Counted from the first letter of the stretch, positions 47,072 to 56,743 are shown. The stretch: 64,000 nt of DNA from Verrucomicrobiota bacterium (GCA_038205745.1 JBBRBM010000001.1:35516-99515), one strand, 5' to 3'. Notes: a model not told the origin generated them from the sequence alone. Translations and numbers: made by a program.

Positions 47072-48043
47072 ATGTTTCCAATTCGATGCGCGTTGCTGTT
47101 CGTGCTGGGCGCGGTAGCAGTGTCGAATGCCGCTCAGTTGAAGTGGCGGCAGAACGAACAGACATCACTCCTCGAACTGAGCTTCAACAACAAGCCCGTG
47201 CTCGCGTGGTCGTTCGCGAGCAATCAGTTCAAGCCCTACATCAAGTCCCTCCACGCGCTCACCGGTGAAAACATCCTGCTTGATGCGCCGGCAGACCATC
47301 TGCATCACCACGGATTGATGTACGCCATCCGCATCAATGGCGTGAATTTCTGGGAAGAGCGCGATCAGCCCGGACACGAAAAGCACATCGAATGGCTGCG
47401 AACGACCGCCAGCACAACGTCATCAGGCGTGTCACAGGCGAGCGCCACCGAGTTGATCCATTGGGTCACGCACACGAACGCTGAGTTGCGCGACACGAAA
47501 CCCGTCGCGTTGCTCATCGAACGCCGCTCGATCGACGTGGCGATCGACGAATCCCAAGGCGAAGTGGCGCTGCGCTGGCGCAGTGATTTTCAAGTGGGCC
47601 GCACGCCCGTGAAGTTGCACGGCTCGGATTACAACGGCCTCGGTCTGCGACTTCCTCCCGCGTGGGACCACAAAGCGCGTCATCAGAACTCGGAGAAACT
47701 CGGCTACTCCAGCGAACAAAAGTGGGACGTCTTGCCCGCGCGCTGGACCGCCGTGTCGCACAACGCCGGAGACCGTGAGATCACGGTCGCGTTGTTCGGC
47801 GGTCCTTCCAACCGCGGCACGCGGATGTTCTTCTCCATGCTGAACCCCTTCGCGTACCTGGCGGTGACGCAAAATCTTTCGACGCAACCGATCGAGTACG
47901 CGCCCGGAGAAAAGTTCCAACTCGATTACGTCCTGCTCGTGTATTCGCGCCCCGTCACCTCCGGGCAGATCGAACAACGCTACGCGAAATGGCTTTCGGA
48001 GAACGTTTCGTCCAGCGCGCCGGCAACCGCACCAACACCTTGA
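47072..48043 (+). CDS. PmoA-like DUF6807 family protein
   Basis: It has a signal peptide and then HLHHHGLMYAIRINGVNFWEE and GSDYNGLGLRLP, the hallmark segments of this family. It is commonly found next to sugar-isomerase-fold genes in PVC genomes. Confidence 0.7.
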   Translation: MFPIRCALLFVLGAVAVSNAAQLKWRQNEQTSLLELSFNNKPVLAWSFASNQFKPYIKSLHALTGENILLDAPADHLHHHGLMYAIRINGVNFWEERDQPGHEKHIEWLRTTASTTSSGVSQASATELIHWVTHTNAELRDTKPVALLIERRSIDVAIDESQGEVALRWRSDFQVGRTPVKLHGSDYNGLGLRLPPAWDHKARHQNSEKLGYSSEQKWDVLPARWTAVSHNAGDREITVALFGGPSNRGTRMFFSMLNPFAYLAVTQNLSTQPIEYAPGEKFQLDYVLLVYSRPVTSGQIEQRYAKWLSENVSSSAPATAPTP

Positions 48044-48046
48044 GCT

Positions 48047-48874
48047 ATGGGAAACATACACTTCGGCATCAATCTTGAGTTCGTCCGTCACGCGGACAAG
48101 TCGTTCGAGTGGGGAGTCGCGAAGGCGGCGGAACTCGGCTACACGCACGTCGAGCCCATGGTGCATTGGGGCCGCGAACTGCTGAGCGAGGCCGGCTACT
48201 TCCACAGCGTCTCAATGCTCGATGATCCGCTGCGCGTGAAACGCGCGTGTGAAAAATCCGGCGTTATACTTTCCGGTCTTTCCGCGCACACACCGCTCAC
48301 AAAACCCGAGATCGGCGTGGAATACCTGAAACAGGCGGTGCGCTTCGCCGCCGAGTGCGGCGCGCCCGTCGTGAACACCGACGAAGGCCCAAAACAACCG
48401 TGGACGACGGCTGATGAGGATTTCGTGCTGATGAAGTACACGATCCAGGAAGCCGCGCTCGTAGCAGAACCGCGCGGCATTCTTCTCGGACTCGAATGTC
48501 ATCAGCAATACAGCCGCACACCCGACGGTCTCGATCGCATCTACTCGCTGGTGAAAAGCCCGAGCGTCGGCATCAACTTCGACACCGGCAACGCCTACCT
48601 CTGCGGCCAGGATCCACTCGCGTGGCTGGAGCGCGTCTTGCCGCGGATGGTTCATCTGCACGCGAAGGATATTTCCGTCGAACACTCGTCTGCTGAGCGC
48701 GGGAAGGTCACGGGCACTCCGGTCGGCTGCGCGTGCGGTGACGGCGTGATCGATTGGGCGAAAGTCATCGCGCTGTGCCGCCGTGCTCCGCGCGACATCG
48801 TGCTGTCAGTCGAGTGCGGCACCATCGAACAAGCCGCGCGGTCGATCCAACACCTGCGATCCTTGGTGCAGTGA
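48047..48874 (+). CDS. sugar phosphate isomerase/epimerase (xylose isomerase-like TIM barrel)
   Basis: 275 aa. Segments include YTHVEPMVHW, LGLECHQQY, GINFDTGNAYL and VHLHAKD. Confidence 0.75.
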   Translation: MGNIHFGINLEFVRHADKSFEWGVAKAAELGYTHVEPMVHWGRELLSEAGYFHSVSMLDDPLRVKRACEKSGVILSGLSAHTPLTKPEIGVEYLKQAVRFAAECGAPVVNTDEGPKQPWTTADEDFVLMKYTIQEAALVAEPRGILLGLECHQQYSRTPDGLDRIYSLVKSPSVGINFDTGNAYLCGQDPLAWLERVLPRMVHLHAKDISVEHSSAERGKVTGTPVGCACGDGVIDWAKVIALCRRAPRDIVLSVECGTIEQAARSIQHLRSLVQ

Positions 48875-49617
48875 AAAATAAACTGCTCAGCATCATCCTC
48901 CTGTTCGCCTTCGCGTCCGTCAGTGCGTGGAGTGCCGAGAAAGCCGGCACGTTCCGCGTGCTGGTCTTCTCCAGGACGCTCATGTTCCGCCACGCATCGA
49001 TCACCAATGGCGTTGCGGCCCTCATGAAGCTCGGTCGCGAGAATCGTTTCGCAGTCGATGCGACTGAGGACTCGACGTTTTTCACGGCGACCAACCTGGC
49101 GCGCTACGGCGTCATCGTGTTCCTCAGCACCAGCGGCGATGTGTTCAACGATGCACAACAGGAATCCTTCAAGCAGTGGATCGAGAACGGCGGCGGATTC
49201 GTGGGCATTCACGCGGCGATCGCCGGCAAGGTCGCGACCGAAGGCACATGGCCTTGGTACACAGAGCTGTGCTGCACCGAGTTCGCGAATCACAAAGCCA
49301 ACGAGCAGGCGACGGTGGTGGTCGAAGATCGCACCCACATTTCCACCTCACACCTGCCCGCGCGCTGGTCCCGCTTTGACGAATGGTACAACTTCACAGC
49401 GACCCCGCGCGCCAGAGTTCACGTGCTCGCATCATTGGATGAAAAATCGTTCCACGGCGGCACCATGGGCGGGGATCATCCCGTTGCATGGTGGCGCGAG
49501 GCTGGCAAAGGCCGCTTCTGGTACACCGCGCTCGGGCACACGGACGCGAGTTACACCGAGCCTGCATTCCTGCAGCACCTGCTGGGCGGGATTCAGTTTG
49601 TGGCGAAGCGGGACTGA
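48871..49617 (+). CDS. secreted ThuA-domain protein
   Basis: The GTG at 48871 overlaps the upstream stop (GTGA). It has signal peptide VKNKLLSIILLFAFASVSAWS, then FRVLVFSRTLMFRHASI, YGVIVFLSTSGD and GGGFVGIHAA. Confidence 0.75.
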   Translation: MKNKLLSIILLFAFASVSAWSAEKAGTFRVLVFSRTLMFRHASITNGVAALMKLGRENRFAVDATEDSTFFTATNLARYGVIVFLSTSGDVFNDAQQESFKQWIENGGGFVGIHAAIAGKVATEGTWPWYTELCCTEFANHKANEQATVVVEDRTHISTSHLPARWSRFDEWYNFTATPRARVHVLASLDEKSFHGGTMGGDHPVAWWREAGKGRFWYTALGHTDASYTEPAFLQHLLGGIQFVAKRD

Positions 49618-49651
49618 AGTCTGCGGCTTCCGCTGTCGGCGCTACGAAGTT

Positions 49652-50740
49652 TCAGAGCTTCTCGATCGCCTGATCCATCGCGGCGTAAAGCGTGTTCATC
49701 GTCGCGTCCGTTTCGTCGCCCATGTTGGAGACGCGGAATGTGGTGCCTTTGATCTTTCCGTAGCCGCCGTCGATGAGAAATCCCTGGTCTTTCACCAGCT
49801 TCTGAAACTTCGCCACGTCGATCGCGCGCCCGCCGGGCTTCGCTCCATTGTTCACGCAGGTGAGGGTGACGGACTCGAATCCTTTTTCCGGGAACAGCGT
49901 GAGGCCGTGCTTCGCAGCCCAAGCGCGCGTGGCTTCGGCGAGTTGCTTGTGACGCGCGAAACGGGCGTCGAGTCCCTCAACGAAGAAATCGTCGAGCTTC
50001 GATGACAGCGCGTAAACGTGCCCGATGCTCGGTGTGCTCGGCGTCATGCTCTGCTCGGCGTTTTTCTGGAACTCCACGAAATCGAAATAGTAGCCGCGGT
50101 CCTTGATCGTCGCCGCTTTCGCCAACGCAGCGGGCGAGCAGGCAAACACCGCGAGGCCGGGCGGCAACGCGAACGCCTTCTGCGTGCCGGCGAGCAGAAC
50201 GTCGATGCCCAGCTCATCAAACTTCAGCGGCATCGCGCTCATCGAGCTCACGGCGTCCACAATAAACATCACACCGGGATACTTTTGCTTGAGCGCGGCA
50301 ATCTCCGCGAGCGGGCTCATCGTGCCGGTGCTGGTTTCGTTGTGAATCAGCGTCAGTGCATCGAACTGGCCGGTGGCGAGCTTCTTGTCGATGGCCTCGG
50401 CGCGGATCGGTGAGCCCCACTCGACTTGCAACGCTTCGGCTTCCTTGCCGCAACGTTTTGAGACGTCGAGCCACTTGTCCGAGAACGCGCCACACATGCA
50501 GTTCAGCACTTTCTTCGACACGAGATTGCGGATGGCGCCTTCCATCACGCCCCATGCCGAGCTGGTGCTCAGGTAAACGAGCTGCCTGGTGCAGAGCAGT
50601 TGCTGAAGCTGCGGTTGCATCTTCGCGTACAGGTCTTTGAAGCCCTGGCCGCGATGGCCGATCATCGGTGAGCGAAAAGCCTGGAATGTTTTATCGCTGA
50701 CTTCGACCGGACCCGGGATATGCAATTTAACGTGCGCCAT
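49652..50740 (-). CDS. class V PLP-dependent aminotransferase (serine/alanine-glyoxylate aminotransferase type)
   Basis: 362 aa. It has LIHNETSTGT and FIVDAVSS, with the PLP-Lys context in LLAGTQKAFALPPG. Confidence 0.8.
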   Translation of the reverse strand: MAHVKLHIPGPVEVSDKTFQAFRSPMIGHRGQGFKDLYAKMQPQLQQLLCTRQLVYLSTSSAWGVMEGAIRNLVSKKVLNCMCGAFSDKWLDVSKRCGKEAEALQVEWGSPIRAEAIDKKLATGQFDALTLIHNETSTGTMSPLAEIAALKQKYPGVMFIVDAVSSMSAMPLKFDELGIDVLLAGTQKAFALPPGLAVFACSPAALAKAATIKDRGYYFDFVEFQKNAEQSMTPSTPSIGHVYALSSKLDDFFVEGLDARFARHKQLAEATRAWAAKHGLTLFPEKGFESVTLTCVNNGAKPGGRAIDVAKFQKLVKDQGFLIDGGYGKIKGTTFRVSNMGDETDATMNTLYAAMDQAIEKL

Positions 50741-50814
50741 AAAGGTGGGTGAAATTTTCAGAAGCGGGCGGTGGACGCAAGCGGAGTTTCGAATTGATGG
50801 AGAAGATGAAGATC

Positions 50815-50887
50815 AAGAAGAAGATTAAGATTACGAGAACGAGAGCCCAATGGCGCAGGTTTCTTAATCGTAATCTTATTCTTAATC
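50815..50887. repeat. AT-rich imperfect inverted repeat (AAGATTACGA core)
   Basis: aagaagaagattaagattacgagaa pairs with ttcttaatcgtaatcttattcttaatc. It lies between the TPR gene stop and the aminotransferase start. Confidence 0.5.
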
Positions 50888-50889
50888 CC

Positions 50890-51420
50890 TCACTCCGCGA
50901 GCTTCGCCCTCGATCCGCGCACGACGGTTTTCACGATGGCGGACTCATCTGCCCTGTCGAAACGCGTGACGATTTGAGTGTAAAACTTCTTCGCCTCATC
51001 GCGGCGACCGGCATCCCAAAGCAAATCAGCGGCGCCCTTCCACGCCTGCAACACCTCCCACTCCTGCGTCGGGTATCGATCGCCGCCCGCCGCGAATTCC
51101 TTCACGGCTGCGTCGATGTTTGTTTGCGAAGCGCGAATGTTGCCCAGGCTGCGCAAGGCTTGAGCGCAGACGTTTGATTGCTCCGGGAAACGCTTCACGA
51201 GATCTGCATAACGAGATGCGGCTTCGTTCTGGAGTCGCAACCGCTCGGTGCCATTGGCAGCGGCGGATGGGGCGTGAAACTCCTTCGTGGTGGAATCGAA
51301 AAGTTCCTTCGCCGTTCTGACCCGCTCCGGCGTGTCCTGCTGGCGCGAATTGCATCCGAGCATCAGCGCGCACGCGAGAGACAGCAGAATCCACCAGCTA
51401 CTTCGTCGCGCTGGTTCCAT
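50890..51420 (-). CDS. TPR-like lipoprotein
   Basis: The lipobox is LLSLACALMLGCNS. The rest is helical repeats (AASRYADLVKRFPEQ, AAVKEFAAGGDRYP, EAKKFYTQIVTRF). Confidence 0.65.
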   Translation of the reverse strand: MEPARRSSWWILLSLACALMLGCNSRQQDTPERVRTAKELFDSTTKEFHAPSAAANGTERLRLQNEAASRYADLVKRFPEQSNVCAQALRSLGNIRASQTNIDAAVKEFAAGGDRYPTQEWEVLQAWKGAADLLWDAGRRDEAKKFYTQIVTRFDRADESAIVKTVVRGSRAKLAE

Positions 51421-52804
51421 GACGAGTGATCACTTCGTAGGTGAACGTCAGCTTTTCGCGCGCGGCGAGCGGCATGACGAACTTCACTTTCGTGGCATCC
51501 ACCTTCTCGTATTTCGCTGCGGTCGTGAGCGACCAATCGCCGGCGAAGTTGCGACGAATGTCGAGCACCACGGGAATATCCTTCGAGTTCTGCACTTCGA
51601 ACTGCCATGTGTCCTTCACCGTCCAGCCTTTCACATCGCCTTGCTGGTCGAACTGAAGATCGGTCTTCTGCCAATCCATCAACGTGGGTTTCACCATCAC
51701 TTCGCGATCGCTGCCGAGCTCCATTTCCACGAACTCGTTCACGGGAATGTATTTCACGCTCGTGCTGCCGACGAAACTGTAGAGCTGATCATCGCTCACG
51801 ATTCGGAACGCCTTCACTGCGCCATCCGGCAGCGGCTCGTTGCCAAGCTGGCTCGGAGTTGAATTCGTGAAACGATAGTAGCGCATCACATTGTCGCCCC
51901 AGCGCTCCTTCTCGAATTTGTAATAGCTCGTGACCGGAACCTTCTCCGCGCGGAATGATGGCAGGCGTTTCGACCAGCGATTCGCAATCGTGTCGCGGCC
52001 TTCAACGGTGTAGAGGAAATACTCGCTCAAGCCTTCCTTCACGATTTGCCTGGCTCCGATGCCGTCAAATTCCATTCCCAGACCTCCAACCGCGCCGCCC
52101 GCCCGCGCACCGCGCGATCGAGTGTACATCTTCTTCCCGAGTTCGGACTTCGACTTCAGCACGTCCGTCATGGCTTTATCCTTCGCCTCATCGCGTCGCG
52201 CGAGCTGCGCAATCTCCTCCACGAGCCGGATCACGCCAACGACAAGCCGCACCTGCGCATTCTCGTAATCCTCGCCGCTGTTGTTGTTCACCCGCACCGC
52301 GCCTGCGAAGTTCATCAACTTCTCATCGCGCGCCGCCTCGGCGACGTAATCCGCCGACCAACTGATGCCGCTGGTGAAGTATTGAATCTCGACCACCACA
52401 TCACCCGCGAACTCGCTGTTGATGCGCCACTCCAACGTGTTCGCCACGCGCGGCGGAAAGCTGACGTCGAGCACCTCGACGGCATCCGCGTGCGTGCGCG
52501 CCTTGAATTCGACGGACGTCGGATCGATCAACGTGTTCGCCCACGAGAACTCAAGCTTGTTCATTCCTTTGCGGAACGTGAGATGCCGCGTCTCCTTCAC
52601 CAGCGTGAGATCGACGGAGTTGTAGATCGTGAGCTGAACGGTATCGCGGTCGGGGAGAGTGACGACGTTGATGCGCGCGTGTGTCGTTGTGGTCAGCAAC
52701 ATCACGGCGAGGGCGGCGAAGTAAGTGAGTGAGTGGGTAAGTCGGTGAGTGAGAGAACGGCGAGTCCCACTCACCGACTCACCCACTTTCCCACTTACTT
52801 TCAT
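51398..52804 (-). CDS. secreted DUF4139/DUF4140-like protein, paralogue 1
   Basis: I chose the ATG at 52804 (MKVSGKVGE); alternative ATGs lie at 52810 and 52816. Family-like segments are INVVTLPDRDTVQLTIYN...LIDPTSVEF and GISWSADYVAE...AGAVRVNNNSGEDYENAQVRLVVG. Confidence 0.75.
   Translation of the reverse strand: MKVSGKVGESVSGTRRSLTHRLTHSLTYFAALAVMLLTTTTHARINVVTLPDRDTVQLTIYNSVDLTLVKETRHLTFRKGMNKLEFSWANTLIDPTSVEFKARTHADAVEVLDVSFPPRVANTLEWRINSEFAGDVVVEIQYFTSGISWSADYVAEAARDEKLMNFAGAVRVNNNSGEDYENAQVRLVVGVIRLVEEIAQLARRDEAKDKAMTDVLKSKSELGKKMYTRSRGARAGGAVGGLGMEFDGIGARQIVKEGLSEYFLYTVEGRDTIANRWSKRLPSFRAEKVPVTSYYKFEKERWGDNVMRYYRFTNSTPSQLGNEPLPDGAVKAFRIVSDDQLYSFVGSTSVKYIPVNEFVEMELGSDREVMVKPTLMDWQKTDLQFDQQGDVKGWTVKDTWQFEVQNSKDIPVVLDIRRNFAGDWSLTTAAKYEKVDATKVKFVMPLAAREKLTFTYEVITRHGTSATK
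52721..52798. repeat. palindromic element, family C (GTGAGT-rich), inside the 5' coding region of paralogue 1
   Basis: gtaagtgagtgagtgggtaagtcggtgagtgagag (52721-52755) pairs with cccactcaccgactcacccactttcccacttac (52766-52798). Confidence 0.85.
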
Positions 52805-52815
52805 TGCCATGTTCA

Positions 52816-54225
52816 TTAGCGCGTCTTGTTTGTCCCGTGCTTCGTCACGACTTCGTAGGTGAACGCCTGCTTCTCGCGCGGCTTCAACGGCACGACGAAC
52901 TTCACCTTGTTCGCGTCCACCTTGTCGTACTTGGCGTTCGTCGTGAGCGTCCAGTCGCCGGAGAAGTTGCGCCGGATGTCGAGCACCACTGGGATGTCCT
53001 TCGAGTTCTGCACCTCGAATTGCCACGTCTGTTTCTCCGTCCAGCCGATGACGTCGCCGAGCGCGTTGAAGCTGATGTCGATCTTCTGCCAGTCCATCAT
53101 CGTCGGTTTCACCGAGACCTCCTGATCATTCCCGAGTTCGAGTTCCACGAACTCGTTCACCGGGATGTATTTCACGCCCGTGCTGCCGACGAAGGCGTAA
53201 AGCAAATCGTCCGTCACGAATCGAAACGCCTTCACAAAACCGTCAGGCAACGGTTCGTTCCCCAGCTTGTTCGCGACCGAGTTGGTGAATTGGTAGTAAC
53301 GAATGACCTGATCGCCGAAGCGTTCCTTCTCGAACTTGTAGTAACTCGTGATCGGAACTTTCTCCGCGCGGAACGACGGCATGCGCTTCGACCAGCCGTT
53401 GGGAATCGTGTCGCGGCCTTCGACCGTGTACATGAAATACTCGGACACACCTTCGCGGATGATTTCCCTGGGTTTCGCACTGGCCGATTTTTCCGCTGAA
53501 TCCATTGCGAAGAACGCTTCATTCAGTCTGCGGGCAGGCGCCGCGGCCGGCGCGGGAGCACTCATTGCCGCAACAGTCGTCGGCATTCCCGGTTTTCCTG
53601 CACGCGCGAGGTTCGCGATGTCTTCGACCAGGCGAATTACGCCAACCACGAGCCGCACCTGCGCGTTTTCGTAATCCTCGCCGCTGTTGTTGTTCACGCG
53701 CACGGCGCCGCTGAAGTCGATCAGCTTCTCGTCCTTGCTCGCTTCCGCGACGTAATCCGCGCTCCACGACAATCCGCTCGTGAAGTAACGAATCTCGACC
53801 ACGACATCGCCGGCGAACTCCGAGTTGATACGCCATTCCAACGTGTTCGTGACACGCGGCGGAAAACTCACGTCGGCCACTTCGACTTCATCCGCATGAC
53901 TCAGTGCGCGGAACTCGACTGAAGTGGGATCGATCAACGTGTTCGCCCACGAGAACTCCAGCTTGTTCAAACCTTTGCGGAATGTGAGATGCCGCGTCTC
54001 CTTCACCAGCGTGAGATCGGCGGAGTTGTAAATCGTGAGCTGCACCGAGTCACGGTCGGGAAGTGTGACAACGTTGATCCGGGCGTGGGTTGTTGTGGCT
54101 AACAGTGCCGTGGCCAATGCCGCGAAGTAAGTGAGTGAGTGAGTAAGCCGGTGAGTGAGAGAAGGGCGCTCCCCACTTTCCCACTCACCCACTTTTCCAC
54201 TCACGGTTCGAAGAAATGATTTCAT
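52816..54225 (-). CDS. secreted DUF4139/DUF4140-like protein, paralogue 2
   Basis: 469 aa, collinear with paralogue 1. Most differences seen by eye fall at third codon positions and in one central low-complexity segment. The family motifs are the same. Confidence 0.75.
   Translation of the reverse strand: MKSFLRTVSGKVGEWESGERPSLTHRLTHSLTYFAALATALLATTTHARINVVTLPDRDSVQLTIYNSADLTLVKETRHLTFRKGLNKLEFSWANTLIDPTSVEFRALSHADEVEVADVSFPPRVTNTLEWRINSEFAGDVVVEIRYFTSGLSWSADYVAEASKDEKLIDFSGAVRVNNNSGEDYENAQVRLVVGVIRLVEDIANLARAGKPGMPTTVAAMSAPAPAAAPARRLNEAFFAMDSAEKSASAKPREIIREGVSEYFMYTVEGRDTIPNGWSKRMPSFRAEKVPITSYYKFEKERFGDQVIRYYQFTNSVANKLGNEPLPDGFVKAFRFVTDDLLYAFVGSTGVKYIPVNEFVELELGNDQEVSVKPTMMDWQKIDISFNALGDVIGWTEKQTWQFEVQNSKDIPVVLDIRRNFSGDWTLTTNAKYDKVDANKVKFVVPLKPREKQAFTYEVVTKHGTNKTR
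54127..54204. repeat. palindromic element, family C, inside the 5' coding region of paralogue 2
   Basis: gtaagtgagtgagtgagtaagccggtgagtgagag (54127-54161) pairs with ccccactttcccactcacccacttttccactcac (54171-54204). Confidence 0.8.
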
Positions 54226-54251
54226 GACAGTAAGAGTTGAAGTGAACGCAC

Positions 54252-55439
54252 TCAGTAACCCTGCGGCTCATTCCCCTGCACGTTCAGTCGATTCAACTCG
54301 AACGTCACCGTCGTCTTCTTATCGCCCGTGCTCTCGGCGGGGAGCGTGAGGTTGTACTCGAACGTGAAAGCGTCCTTCTTCTTGAACTGCGGCGCGTGAC
54401 TGTTCTCGACCATCTTCCAATAGCCCGGCACGTGCTCGATGAGCGTCAGGCTGATGGCCTCTTTTTTGAAATTCTCGATCTCGATCTTGTAAATCTCGTC
54501 CTTGTCCCAGAGCACGTCCTGATTCGCGGTGTTTCGGCGGATGTTCGTGCGCTCGTCCTTGGTGCGGCGCTGCGTCACCTTCACGTCTCGGCTCTGGCCG
54601 ATGTAGAGCTTCATCTCGCGATCGACCGGCGTGAGTTGCGCCCAATCCTCGCCGGTGAACGCCACGCCTTCGCCGACTTGTTCGCCTTCCTTGGCGGGCT
54701 GGTCCTTCGTCTTGATGAAGATGCGAACCTTACCGGGCAGCAACGTGTGCGTGCCAAGCTTGTGCGGCTTGTCGTTCGTAAGAACGTAATTCAGCGGAAT
54801 GCCGATCGTGTTCTTCTGATACTCGGGATCCCACGGGAGCGTCGCCGAATCCCACATCAGCACTTTCTTGACCGGCAACGCCTCGATTCGCTCCGACAAC
54901 ATCTCGAGCACTTCTTCGTGCGCGATCGTCTTCTTGAAGCTGCTGCCGTAGCCAAGCGCGACTTCCGCTTCCGTCAGGTCTTCGCCCGAGTTGTTGTGCA
55001 AGCGGAGGTAGTTGCGCAGCGTCATCGATTGCTCGTTCGGCTCCGCGACGGCGCGATACGTGACCTCGCGCGTGATTCCGCTCAGCAAATACGAAATGCG
55101 CACGCGCTCTTCCTGCGCCGCCGGACTGGCGATTTCCCACACCAGCGCGTTTTCGTTCGGCGGATAACTGGTGTTGAGCACCTTCACGTCGTTTGGATGC
55201 GACAGCGCGCGCACCTGGATGCTCGACGAATCAATGCTCACGCCGCGCCATGAGAAGTCCACCTTGTTCACGCCCTTCTGCAACGTGATCAACCGCTCCT
55301 CCTCCACCAGCGTTTGGTCAGGATGCGAAAGCGACACGACAACGCGCGCACGTTCAGGCAATGCGACCAGTTTCACGCGAGCGTGGGCGGCAGTGCTAAT
55401 GAGCAACGCGGCGACAGCGAAACAAAACAACCGTTTCAT
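54252..55439 (-). CDS. secreted DUF4139/DUF4140-like protein, divergent paralogue 3
   Basis: It has a plain signal peptide, MKRLFCFAVAALLISTAAHA, with no repeat insertion. It then reads VKLVALPERARVVVSL...IDSSSIQVRA and LRLHNNSGEDLTEAEVALG. Confidence 0.7.
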   Translation of the reverse strand: MKRLFCFAVAALLISTAAHARVKLVALPERARVVVSLSHPDQTLVEEERLITLQKGVNKVDFSWRGVSIDSSSIQVRALSHPNDVKVLNTSYPPNENALVWEIASPAAQEERVRISYLLSGITREVTYRAVAEPNEQSMTLRNYLRLHNNSGEDLTEAEVALGYGSSFKKTIAHEEVLEMLSERIEALPVKKVLMWDSATLPWDPEYQKNTIGIPLNYVLTNDKPHKLGTHTLLPGKVRIFIKTKDQPAKEGEQVGEGVAFTGEDWAQLTPVDREMKLYIGQSRDVKVTQRRTKDERTNIRRNTANQDVLWDKDEIYKIEIENFKKEAISLTLIEHVPGYWKMVENSHAPQFKKKDAFTFEYNLTLPAESTGDKKTTVTFELNRLNVQGNEPQGY

Positions 55440-55495
55440 AGTGTGTTGGACGTTGCCGCAGCGAAAATGCTCCGTCGAAAGTTATCTTCGATGAA

Positions 55496-55593
55496 GTGTC
55501 CCGCGAAGAACGCGAAGGGGACGAAGGTGGGAAAGAGAAATGGATGAAGTGACTCCTCCGTCCTTCGCCCCCTTCGCGTCCTTCGCGGGACAC
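55496..55593. repeat. palindromic intergenic element, family A, copy 3
   Basis: gtgtcccgcgaagaacgcgaaggggacgaagg ... ccttcgcccccttcgcgtccttcgcgggacac. The arms are near-perfect. Confidence 0.85.
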
Positions 55594-55603
55594 CCTCCGA
55601 TTT

Positions 55604-56527
55604 CTAGCGAAACTTGAATCCGCCGCGAAAGACCACTTCGCCCACGACCACCACGAAGAAGATGATGCTTACGACGGCGTTGAGCTTGAAGAAAGAGTTC
55701 TGAACCCAATTCAGACTGCGCATGCGCGCGATAAGATGTTCGAGCACCAGGCAGCCGACGATCAGCAGCCAGCCAATAAGGAACGCAATGCGGAACCTGC
55801 AGAGAAAAATCCCGAACAACAACAACACGCCGGACATGACGAGATGCGCAAGAAACGCAGCGCGCAAAGCATTCTGCGGCCCCCACGCCACGACCAGCGA
55901 ATGCAGCCCATGCTTGCGATCGAACTCGTAGTCTTGCAGCGCGTAAATGATGTCGAAGCCGGCCAGCCACAACACCACGCTGACCGCGAGCGTTCCGGCC
56001 TGAGCCCAATCCATGCCGGTCATCCCGAAACCTTTCACCGCGATCCATGCGCCAACGGGCGCGAGCGAGAGCGCGAGCCCGAGGAACACGTGCGTGTAGT
56101 CGGTGAACCTCTTCGTCAGCGAATAAAAGCACACGACCAGCAATGCGACGGGTGACAGATAGAAGCAAAGACGGTTGATGAAGTAGCTGACGACAACCAA
56201 TCCCACGCCGCTCATCACCCAAAGCGTTACCGCACTCGCGAGCGGAATCTTTCCGGCGGGCAAGTGTCGCTGCGCCGTGCGCGGATTCAGCGCGTCGAAC
56301 TTGCGATCGATGATGCGATTGAACGCCATCGCGCATGTGCGCGCGCAAACCATCGCGGCCAGGATTAGCCCAAACGTTTTCCACCCCGGCCAGCCGCGAT
56401 CACACTGCGGACAAGCATCGCTCGGTGCGCGTGCAGCCACAGCCATCGCCGCGAGCGCAAAAGGCAGCGCGAAAATCGTGTGCGAGATTTTTACAAACTC
56501 AGCCCAGTTGCGGAGTGTCTTGAGCAT
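55604..56527 (-). CDS. UbiA-family aromatic prenyltransferase (4-hydroxybenzoate polyprenyltransferase-like)
   Basis: MLKTLRNWAEFVKISHTIFALPFAL. It is polytopic and has the Asp-rich motifs NRIIDRKFD and YALQDYEFD. It is linked to ubiX. Confidence 0.8.
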   Translation of the reverse strand: MLKTLRNWAEFVKISHTIFALPFALAAMAVAARAPSDACPQCDRGWPGWKTFGLILAAMVCARTCAMAFNRIIDRKFDALNPRTAQRHLPAGKIPLASAVTLWVMSGVGLVVVSYFINRLCFYLSPVALLVVCFYSLTKRFTDYTHVFLGLALSLAPVGAWIAVKGFGMTGMDWAQAGTLAVSVVLWLAGFDIIYALQDYEFDRKHGLHSLVVAWGPQNALRAAFLAHLVMSGVLLLFGIFLCRFRIAFLIGWLLIVGCLVLEHLIARMRSLNWVQNSFFKLNAVVSIIFFVVVVGEVVFRGGFKFR

Positions 56528-56739
56528 CAGAGCAGTTTCCGGAATTCGTCTGTCGTGAGTCCGGCCATGCGCGCGATCTGCCCCATGGTGAATGCGTTTA
56601 CCGGATTGTGTCGGGGCACGGTCAGCGTTCGCGCGCCGTCGGACATGATGATGTGTTTTCCTTGCCTGATGATTTGGAAGCCAGCTTTCTCCAATGCACG
56701 AACGGCGATGAGGTGATTAACTCCAGAAATCTTGGGCAT
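56527..56739 (-). CDS. hicA: HicA-family mRNA interferase toxin
   Basis: 70 aa. It has LIAVRALEKAGFQIIRQGKHIIM...LTVPRHNPVNAFTMGQIARMAGL. Its TGA overlaps the ubiA-like ATG by 1 nt (56527). Confidence 0.75.
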   Translation of the reverse strand: MPKISGVNHLIAVRALEKAGFQIIRQGKHIIMSDGARTLTVPRHNPVNAFTMGQIARMAGLTTDEFRKLL

Positions 56740-56743
56740 GCGT

